From an uncultured Gammaproteobacteria bacterium (lineage in GTDB: Bacteria; Pseudomonadota; Gammaproteobacteria; UBA9214), in NCBI GenBank assembly GCA_963827755.1, contig CAWHCQ010000021.1, positions 64,001 to 128,000 of the forward strand: a DNA stretch of 64,000 nt, read 5' to 3'. The notes beneath the pieces were generated by a model. The model was not told the origin of the DNA and ran no database searches. It worked only from the letters and a program-made list of their open reading frames with translations. Both the position numbers and the translations under genes were made by a program. This document shows, piece by piece, positions 54,322-64,000 of the stretch (its first letter is position 1; the number at the start of each line of letters is the position of its first letter).

Positions 54322-55227
54322 ATGACAGCAAGAAAACGTGGATTGGGCAGGGGGCTGGATGCCTTACTTGGTTCGGCATCGCGCCAGCCAGATACGGCGG
54401 CGGAGCTCAAGGCGGTGCCGGAGACGGTTGTTGCCGGCCCGCCTGCAGACGGTACCCTGTGCGCATTGCCGGTTGATGTCATTCAGCGCGGCGAGTACCA
54501 GCCGCGCGTCGACATGCACCAGGAGTCACTCCAGGACCTGGCGGATTCCATTGCCGTGCAGGGTGTCGTGCAGCCCATCGTGGTGCGCACTATCGGCGAA
54601 AACCGCTACGAGATTGTTGCCGGCGAGCGCCGCTGGCGTGCCGCGCAAATGGCCGGACTGCACGAAATCCCGGCAGTGGTGCGCGAGGTGGATGACCGTT
54701 CCGCGATTGCCATTGCACTGATCGAAAATATCCAGCGTGAAAACCTCAACCCGCTTGAAGAGGCGCGCGCACTGGCGCGGCTCATCGATGAGTTTGAACT
54801 GACGCACGAACAGGCCGCCGCGGCCGTCGGTCGTTCACGCGCGGCCGTCTCGAACCTGTTGCGCCTGCTGGATCTCGATGACGGCGTCAAGGTTTTGCTG
54901 GAACGCGGCGAACTTGAAATGGGCCATGCACGCGCCCTGCTGGCACTGGCCGGCGCACGCCAGGTGGAGGCGGCCCGGCAGGTGGTTGCGCGCGGCCTGA
55001 GCGTGCGCGCGACCGAGGGGCTCGTCAGGCAGCTGCAGCAAAAACCGGCCAGCCGGACGACTCACGCCAGGCCGAAAGACCCGAATGTCCAGAGGCTGGA
55101 GGCCGACCTGTCTGACAAGCTCGGTGCCAGCGTCGTGCTGCGCCAGGGCAAGGGCGGCAAGGGCAAGCTGGAAATCAGCTACAACAGCCTCGATGAACTC
55201 GACGGCATTCTCGAGCATATCCATTGA
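54322..55227 (+). CDS. parB: Chromosome partitioning protein ParB/Spo0J
   Basis: GLGRGLDALL, YQPR, AGERRWRAA, IENIQRENL. Confidence 0.97.
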   Translation: MTARKRGLGRGLDALLGSASRQPDTAAELKAVPETVVAGPPADGTLCALPVDVIQRGEYQPRVDMHQESLQDLADSIAVQGVVQPIVVRTIGENRYEIVAGERRWRAAQMAGLHEIPAVVREVDDRSAIAIALIENIQRENLNPLEEARALARLIDEFELTHEQAAAAVGRSRAAVSNLLRLLDLDDGVKVLLERGELEMGHARALLALAGARQVEAARQVVARGLSVRATEGLVRQLQQKPASRTTHARPKDPNVQRLEADLSDKLGASVVLRQGKGGKGKLEISYNSLDELDGILEHIH

Positions 55228-55315
55228 ACCTGGAATACAGGGGGGGAGACACGTCGCTTGCGGCGGCCCCTCTTCAGCGCCGTGCAGATAAACGGCCGTT
55301 GTTTTCCCGAATTTA

Positions 55316-55345
55316 TTGACCCCACCTATAGACTCTTCTTATAAT
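55316..55345 (+). promoter_or_regulatory. Putative sigma70 promoter of the atp operon
   Basis: TTGACC-N18-TATAAT. Confidence 0.65.
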
Positions 55346-55449
55346 CCCCGGCTGTCCGGATGCCGTTATCAGCGTCCTCCAGGCAATGACGATTCCCAGC
55401 GGCCATTTGGCTGGCCGCACGTAACTTGCTGATTAACAGGCTGAAAATA

Positions 55450-55820
55450 GTGCTTTTGGCGAGCGACACCCGCAAGCTGGTGATGCTTCAACTGCTGCTG
55501 GTTAGCCGTCACCTCAGTCGTTTTTTTCGTGATAGACGGGGGTTTTCAGGCGGGATCGGCTGCGTTTGGCGGTGTTTGCGCCTGCGCCAACCGGCTCTGG
55601 CTCGAATGGCGGGCACAGGTCTGCCGACCGGGGCCGGGCGCTCAGCGCCGGGCAGAGCATCCGCTTGCTGTATCGCACGGCGGTTGAGCGTTTTGTACTG
55701 GTCGGGGTGATGTTTGCGCTGGGCCTGGGTGTATGGCGGCTGGATCCGCTGGCGTTGTTAACGGGATTTATCGTGGGCCAGCTGGCCCTTGTATTTACTG
55801 CAACCGGAAAAACGAATTAG
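55450..55820 (+). CDS. atpI: ATP synthase protein I (two apparent +1 insertions near 55502 and 55612)
   Basis: Joined frames read [25 protein letters not shown]/..[22 protein letters not shown]; first gene of the atp operon. Confidence 0.75.
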
Positions 55821-55822
55821 TC

Positions 55823-56666
<844 letters not shown>

Positions 56667-56698
56667 TTTTTACATTTGAACAGCACGTTACACTTTAG

Positions 56699-56950
<252 letters not shown>

Positions 56951-56983
56951 ACAGCGCGCTGAACTAACAGCAGAGGTTCTGAC

Positions 56984-57455
56984 ATGAATATCAATGCCAC
57001 TCTTATCGGCCAGGCAATTGCCTTTTTCCTGTTTGTCGTGTTCTGCATGAAGTTTGTGTGGCCACCGATCCTGCAGGCATTGCAGGAGCGCAAGGCAAAG
57101 ATTGCCGATGGCCTGGCGGCTGCCGAGCATGGCAAGCGCGAACAGGAACTGGCCGAAGAACGCGCCAAGGAACTGTTGCGTGAAGCCAAGGATCAGGCCG
57201 CAGAAATTATCGGCCGTGCCGACAAGCGCGCTGCCGAGATTGTTGAGGAAGCCAAGGATGATGCCAAGACCGAGGGCGCACGCCTGATGACAGCTGCGCA
57301 GTCTGAAATCGACACAGGAAGTTAACCGCGTGAAGGAAGACCTGCGCGGACAGGTGGTTTCCATTGCACTTGCCGGTGCCGGCAAGGTGCTCGGGCGCGA
57401 GGTCGATGAAAGCGCGCATGCCGAATTGCTGGACAAGCTGGCTGCTGAAATCTGA
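56984..57455 (+). CDS. atpF: F0F1 ATP synthase subunit b (apparent +1 insertion near 57313)
   Basis: [15 protein letters not shown]; shifted frame [14 protein letters not shown]...LLDKLAAEI* overlapping the atpH start. Confidence 0.95.
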
Positions 57456-57991
57456 TGGCCGAGGCAATCACCATTGCACGTCCCTATGCGCAGGCAGCAT
57501 TTATGTTTGCCAATGCGCATCACACGTTAAAAGACTGGTCGGACATGCTCGGCCTGCTCGCCGCTATTGCCGACGATGCTGCCATGCGTGACCTGATCCA
57601 CAGTCCTCACGTGAGCGACACACAGCTGGCCGACCTGTTTATAGGTGTGGGCGGCGACAAATTAAACGAGAAGTGCGTCAATTTTGTACGTGTGCTGGCA
57701 AGCAACAGGCGGCTGGACCTTTTGCCCGAGATAGCCGTGTTGTTTGAAATCCAGCGTCGCGATGCCGAGGGTACGATCCAGGCAGAACTGGTAACGCCTT
57801 TTCCGGCGACCGAGGCACAACAGGCCAGTGTCGTGGAAAGCCTGCGCAAACGCCTCGGCCGCGAGGTTGAGCTGAGCTGTTCGATTGACCGCGATCTGCT
57901 GGGTGGCGCCATCATTCGTGCCGGTGACCTGGTGATTGACGGCTCCGTGCGCGGCAAGCTGGAGCGTCTCGGCAACGCACTGACACACTGA
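57455..57991 (+). CDS. atpH: F0F1 ATP synthase subunit delta
   Basis: TIARPYAQAAF, LLGGAIIRAGDLVIDGSVRGKL. Confidence 0.97.
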   Translation: MAEAITIARPYAQAAFMFANAHHTLKDWSDMLGLLAAIADDAAMRDLIHSPHVSDTQLADLFIGVGGDKLNEKCVNFVRVLASNRRLDLLPEIAVLFEIQRRDAEGTIQAELVTPFPATEAQQASVVESLRKRLGREVELSCSIDRDLLGGAIIRAGDLVIDGSVRGKLERLGNALTH

Positions 57992-58024
57992 CATATTTAA
58001 CGGGTTTTATCCAAGGTAAAAACT

Positions 58025-59566
58025 ATGCAACTCAATCCGACTGAAATCAGCGAACTGATCAAGAGCCGCATCGAACAATTCGAGGCCGTGTCCGAGGCGC
58101 GCACCGAGGGTACGGTCGTCAGCCTGACTGACGGTATCGCACGTATTCACGGCCTCGCCGACGTCATGCAGGGTGAAATGATTGAGTTCCCCGGCAACAT
58201 TTTCGGCATGGCGCTGAACCTGGAACGCGACTCCGTTGGTGCGGTGATCCTGGGTGATTACAAGGGCATCACGGAAGGCGACAGCGTCAAGTGCACCGGC
58301 CGTATTCTCGAGGTTCCGGTGGGTGAGGCGCTGCTCGGTCGTGTTGTCGATTCACTCGGTAACCCGATCGACGGCAAGGGCGCGATCGATTCTTCCATGA
58401 CATCGCCAATTGAAAAAATTGCACCGGGCGTGATTGAACGCAAGTCGGTTGACCAGCCGGTGCAGACCGGCCTGAAGTCAATCGATGCCATGGTGCCGAT
58501 TGGCCGCGGGCAGCGTGAGTTGATCATCGGTGACCGCCAGACCGGCAAGACCGCGGTGGCGATTGATGCCATCATCAACCAGAAAGACACCGGCGTTAAA
58601 TGCATCTACGTCGCTATCGGACAGAAGAACTCGTCGATTGCCACCGTGGTGCGCAAGCTGGAAGAGCACGGCGCCATGGAACATACCATCATCGTGGCCG
58701 CGGCGGCTGCAGAGTCCGCCGCGATGCAGTACATTGCACCGTATGCCGGTTGTACCATGGGTGAATATTTCCGTGATCGCGGTGAAGACGCGCTGATTAT
58801 CTACGACGATCTGACCAAGCAGGCCTGGGCCTATCGCCAGGTGTCACTGCTGCTGCGCCGCCCGCCGGGCCGCGAGGCCTATCCGGGTGACGTGTTCTAC
58901 CTGCACTCGCGTTTGCTGGAGCGCTCCTCGCGCATCAATGCAGCGGAAGTGGAGAAGCGCACCAATGGCGCAGTGAAAGGCAAGACCGGTTCACTGACCG
59001 CGCTGCCAATCATTGAAACACAGGCCGGTGACGTGTCGGCCTTCGTGCCGACCAACGTGATTTCCATTACGGACGGCCAGATCTTCCTGGAATCCGACCT
59101 GTTCAATGCCGGTATTCGACCGGCCATTAATGCCGGCCTGTCGGTGTCGCGCGTGGGTGGTGCGGCGCAGACAAAAATTATTAAAAAGCTCGGTGGCACT
59201 GTGCGCCTGGCCCTGGCCCAGTACCGCGAACTGGCGGCCTTCTCCCAGTTTGCCTCCGATCTTGATGAGGCGACGCGCAAGCAGCTCGAACGCGGCCAGC
59301 GTGTAACCGAGTTGATGAAGCAGAAACAGTATTCACCATTGTCGGTGGCCGAGATGGCGGTGTCCCTGTATGCCGCTGAAGAAGGCTACCTGGATGATGT
59401 CGACCTGAACAAGATCGTCGATTTCGAGCATGCCATGCATGCCTACATGCGTGCCAGCCAGGCGGCATTGCTCGACACGATCAACACGACGGGTGATTAC
59501 AACGATGAAATCGTATCCGGGCTGAAGGCCGCGGTCGAGGATTTCAAGCAGAACGGTACCTGGTAG
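58025..59566 (+). CDS. atpA: F0F1 ATP synthase subunit alpha
   Basis: [31 protein letters not shown]. Confidence 0.98.
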   Translation: MQLNPTEISELIKSRIEQFEAVSEARTEGTVVSLTDGIARIHGLADVMQGEMIEFPGNIFGMALNLERDSVGAVILGDYKGITEGDSVKCTGRILEVPVGEALLGRVVDSLGNPIDGKGAIDSSMTSPIEKIAPGVIERKSVDQPVQTGLKSIDAMVPIGRGQRELIIGDRQTGKTAVAIDAIINQKDTGVKCIYVAIGQKNSSIATVVRKLEEHGAMEHTIIVAAAAAESAAMQYIAPYAGCTMGEYFRDRGEDALIIYDDLTKQAWAYRQVSLLLRRPPGREAYPGDVFYLHSRLLERSSRINAAEVEKRTNGAVKGKTGSLTALPIIETQAGDVSAFVPTNVISITDGQIFLESDLFNAGIRPAINAGLSVSRVGGAAQTKIIKKLGGTVRLALAQYRELAAFSQFASDLDEATRKQLERGQRVTELMKQKQYSPLSVAEMAVSLYAAEEGYLDDVDLNKIVDFEHAMHAYMRASQAALLDTINTTGDYNDEIVSGLKAAVEDFKQNGTW

Positions 59567-59580
59567 TGGCAAGGTTTTTC

Positions 59581-59663
59581 GCAGCCCGGATGAAGCAAGG
59601 CACAATCCGGGAAAATGATAACCGCTTTCCGGATTGCGGCCATGCGGCTTCCATCCGGGCTAC
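59581..59663. repeat. GTAG-type REP doublet (REPIN-like) between atpA and atpG
   Basis: GCAGCCCGGATGAAGC..CAATCCGGGA facing TTCCGGATTG..GCTTCCATCCGGGCTAC. Confidence 0.75.
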
Positions 59664-59696
59664 CGTGTTTTTGATCAGGGACAACAGGGCAGGGTA

Positions 59697-60557
59697 ATGG
59701 CAGGCGCGAAGGAAATCCGCACCAAGATTGCGAGCATCAAGAATACGCAGAAGATCACCAAGGCCATGGAGATGGTGGCGGCGAGCAAGATGCGCAGGGC
59801 ACAGGAGCGTATGCAGGCAACGCGTCCCTATGCCGAAAAGATCCAGAACGTGATTTCGCACCTCGCGCATGCCCATCCGGAATACCATCATCCCTACCTG
59901 GCAACACGCGAGACGAAACGGGTTGGCATGATCATTATTTCCACAGACCGTGGTCTGTGCGGCGGCCTGAACATCAATCTCTTCAAGTCGGCCCTTACCC
60001 GGCTGCGCGAATGGGATGAGGCAGGGCTGGAAGTCGACCTGACCCTGATCGGTACCAAGAGCAACTCCTTTTTCAAGCGCATGAAGTGTGATATTTCCGC
60101 TTCCGCCACTCACCTGGGTGATGCGCCATCGATCGTTGAGCTGATCGGCACCATCAAGGTGATGCTGGATGCCTATGAGGAGGGCCGAATCGACAGCCTT
60201 TATCTCGCACACAACGAGTTCGTCAACACCATGACACAAAACCCGTCGATCAAGCAGTTGATCCCGATCGAGCGCGAGCCGGACAAGAAACTGGAGACTC
60301 ACTGGGACTACATTTACGAGCCGGATTCGAAGCCGGTGATGGATTCCCTGATGATTCGCTACATCGAGTCGCTGGTTTACCAGGGCATGGTGGAGAACGT
60401 GGCCTGTGAGCAGTCGGCACGCATGGTCGCGATGAAGTCGGCGACCGACAATGCCGGCGACCTGATCGACGAGCTGCAGCTGATCTACAACAAGGCGCGG
60501 CAGGCAGCCATTACCCAGGAAATCTCCGAGATTGTCGCGGGTGCGGCTGCGGTATAG
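59697..60557 (+). CDS. atpG: F0F1 ATP synthase subunit gamma
   Basis: [34 protein letters not shown]. Confidence 0.98.
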   Translation: MAGAKEIRTKIASIKNTQKITKAMEMVAASKMRRAQERMQATRPYAEKIQNVISHLAHAHPEYHHPYLATRETKRVGMIIISTDRGLCGGLNINLFKSALTRLREWDEAGLEVDLTLIGTKSNSFFKRMKCDISASATHLGDAPSIVELIGTIKVMLDAYEEGRIDSLYLAHNEFVNTMTQNPSIKQLIPIEREPDKKLETHWDYIYEPDSKPVMDSLMIRYIESLVYQGMVENVACEQSARMVAMKSATDNAGDLIDELQLIYNKARQAAITQEISEIVAGAAAV

Positions 60558-60562
60558 AATAA

Positions 60563-62047
<1,485 letters not shown>

Positions 62048-62049
62048 TC

Positions 62050-62469
62050 ATGGCTATGACACTGCACATTGATATCGTCAGCGCCGAAGCCGAGATCTTC
62101 TCGGGCACGGCAACGATGGTATTTGCACCCGCCGAAATGGGTGAGCTGGGTATTGCTCCGCGTCACACGCCTTTACTGGCTCGTCTCAAGCCGGGTGAAG
62201 TACGCGTGCAAACCCAGCAAGGCGAGGAGCTGTCATTTTTTGTTTCCGGCGGCATGCTGGAAATCCAGCCGCACGTCGTCACCGTGCTTGCCGACACAGC
62301 CATTCGCGCGGCTGATCTTGACGAAGCGCAGGCGCTGGAAGCCAGGGACCGTGCCAGGAAGATGCTGACCGACAAGACGGCCGATGTTGATTATGCGAGG
62401 GCGCAGGCCGAGCTGGCACAGTCCATGGCGCAACTGGCGGCCATTCGCAAGTTGCGTGAAAAACCCTGA
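62050..62469 (+). CDS. atpC: F0F1 ATP synthase subunit epsilon
   Basis: [34 protein letters not shown]. Confidence 0.97.
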   Translation: MAMTLHIDIVSAEAEIFSGTATMVFAPAEMGELGIAPRHTPLLARLKPGEVRVQTQQGEELSFFVSGGMLEIQPHVVTVLADTAIRAADLDEAQALEARDRARKMLTDKTADVDYARAQAELAQSMAQLAAIRKLREKP

Positions 62470-62957
62470 TGTCCGATAGCGCTGTCGGCAGGGAGAAGGT
62501 CGTTACCTTCACCTACTCGATCTCGGACGAGTCCGGCGAAATTCTGGAGCAGTCGGATATACCGATCAGTTACGTTCATGGCGGCAAGCACGACTTGTTT
62601 GAAAAGGTCGAGCATGCACTGGACGGTTCCGTTGTCGGTGATTCCATCGATGTAAGGCTGACGCCGGAAGAAGGCTTTGGTGCGCATGACCCGAAGCTGA
62701 CTTATACCGATGACCTGGAGAATGTACCGCCGGAGTTCCAGCACATCGGTGCCGAGGTAGAGATGATGAACGATCAGGGCGAATCAATGAAATTCACCGT
62801 CACCTCCATCGAGGACGGCAAGCTGACCGTGGATGGCAATCATCCAATGGCCGGCAAGGCGATTATCTTCCATATCAAGGTCATCGACATACGCGAGGCA
62901 ACGCCCGCCGAGATCGCCAATGGCGTAGAGCCGATGGCCATGCCGGTGCTGCACTGA
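62469..62957 (+). CDS. FKBP-type peptidyl-prolyl isomerase, SlyD-like without His-rich tail
   Basis: VVTFTY, YVHGG, LTPEEGFG, VDGNHPMAG, IREATPAEIANG. Confidence 0.9.
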   Translation: MSDSAVGREKVVTFTYSISDESGEILEQSDIPISYVHGGKHDLFEKVEHALDGSVVGDSIDVRLTPEEGFGAHDPKLTYTDDLENVPPEFQHIGAEVEMMNDQGESMKFTVTSIEDGKLTVDGNHPMAGKAIIFHIKVIDIREATPAEIANGVEPMAMPVLH

Positions 62958-63053
62958 CAGCTTGCCGGGCAGTCTCCATACAAAAAGCGACACGCGTCTT
63001 TGCGCGGGAAAACACGGCGTTTGTCGATGGAAAACAGTCGAGAAAGCATCCTG

Positions 63054-63080
63054 TAAAAAATCCCGGTGGCTTGCCGATAA
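63054..63080 (+). promoter_or_regulatory. Putative sigma28 (FliA) promoter upstream of glmU
   Basis: TAAA-N15-GCCGATAA, exact consensus spacing. Confidence 0.55.
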
Positions 63081-63186
63081 GCATACGAGTCTGTAAATCC
63101 GTGCGTGTTGGGTGTCCTGCAGCATTCTTTATGTATACTCGGTGCTGATTTATGGCTCATTCAGGTAAGCAGAAAGTGAGTAGCGT

Positions 63187-64000
63187 ATGCCGCTGAGTAT
63201 TATTATTCTCGCCGCCGGACAGGGGACACGTATGTGTTCCGACCTTCCCAAGGTGCTCCACCCGCTGGGCGGGAAGCCGCTGCTGCATCATGTTATCGAG
63301 ACTGCACGCCGGCTGGAGAGCGAGGCTGTCCATGTGGTCGTCGGCCATGGCGCCGCTCTGGTGCGTGAAGCGACTCCCGACACCGATGTTCACTGGGTCG
63401 AGCAGGCCGAGCAACTCGGCACCGGTCACGCTGTTGCGCAGGTCATGCCTGCCGTCCCGGATGACCATATCGTACTGGTGATGTATGGCGATGTTCCGCT
63501 GGTCAGCACAGGGACATTGCAGCCCTTGTACGAGCTTGCCCGGCAGGGTTTCGTTGGTCTGCTGACTGCGGAGCTTGAAGACCCGACGGGTTACGGACGC
63601 ATTCTGCATCATGCCGATGGCAGTATCAGCGGCATCGTCGAGGAGAAAGATGCCAGCAAGTCGCAACGGGCTATCAATGAAATCAACACCGGTTTTCTGG
63701 CTGTCAGCGCAGCGCGTTTGCGTGGCTGGGTTGAGGCGCTCGACAATAACAATGCATCGGGTGAATTTTATTTAACCGATGTCATTGCAAGTGCGGTATC
63801 CGATGGTTGCGGCGTGCGCGGCATTTCCGCAGAGGATGTGGAGGAAGTACTGGGCATCAATGACCGCATCCAGCTGGCAGTGCAGGAGCGCTGCTTTCAG
63901 GAACGCCAGGCAATGGCCTGCCTGCAGGCAGGTGTCACGCTGATCGACCCGGCACGTTTTGATTTGCGCGGCACCTTGCAGGCCGGCCAGGATGTGGTCA
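63187..64000 (+). CDS. glmU: Bifunctional GlmU (3'-truncated by window edge)
   Basis: IILAAGQGTRM.SDLPKVLH, EQLGTGHAV, YGDVPL, GYGRI, EINTG, GEFYLTD, GINDR. Confidence 0.96.
   Translation, partial: MPLSIIILAAGQGTRMCSDLPKVLHPLGGKPLLHHVIETARRLESEAVHVVVGHGAALVREATPDTDVHWVEQAEQLGTGHAVAQVMPAVPDDHIVLVMYGDVPLVSTGTLQPLYELARQGFVGLLTAELEDPTGYGRILHHADGSISGIVEEKDASKSQRAINEINTGFLAVSAARLRGWVEALDNNNASGEFYLTDVIASAVSDGCGVRGISAEDVEEVLGINDRIQLAVQERCFQERQAMACLQAGVTLIDPARFDLRGTLQAGQDVV

Overview
A GC-rich gammaproteobacterial chromosome segment spanning the replication origin. Gene content suggests a Chromatiales/Thiogranum-like, possibly sulfur-oxidising lineage (inference only). Left arm: DUF484-xerC-hslVU-DUF971-ubiEJB; DJ-1, yibQ, ctpA, envC, gpmI; an SqrR/BigR-type ArsR, rhodanese, secB, gpsA; trmL; class-1 pyrD; ntrC-ntrB-DUF4124-glnA with readable sigma54/NtrC elements; a hypothetical/PP-loop thiolase/TusA/CDF operon; glyQS-MazG-gmhB-plsC; and a decayed LTA-synthase-family gene. 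Centre: gyrB-recF-dnaN-[oriC]-dnaA / rpmH-rnpA-yidD-yidC-mnmE, with two parS sites inside recF. Right arm: a ~8 kb accessory block (cNMP protein, two methyltransferases, TetR, a degenerate ApbE, an SLC13 permease preceded by a signal-peptide/HGPP leader ORF, and an orphan), then mnmG-rsmG-parA-parB, atpIBEFHAGDC, a SlyD-like PPIase and partial glmU. Ten single-base insertions break nine mostly essential genes and are almost certainly long-read consensus errors. No rRNA, tRNA, CRISPR or transposase was seen. The best candidates for novelty are the putative ribosome-arrest leader peptide upstream of the SLC13 transporter, the ApbE pseudo-enzyme, the THUMP-less thiolase/TusA operon, and AT-rich palindromic blocks sharing an exact 16-mer on either side of oriC.
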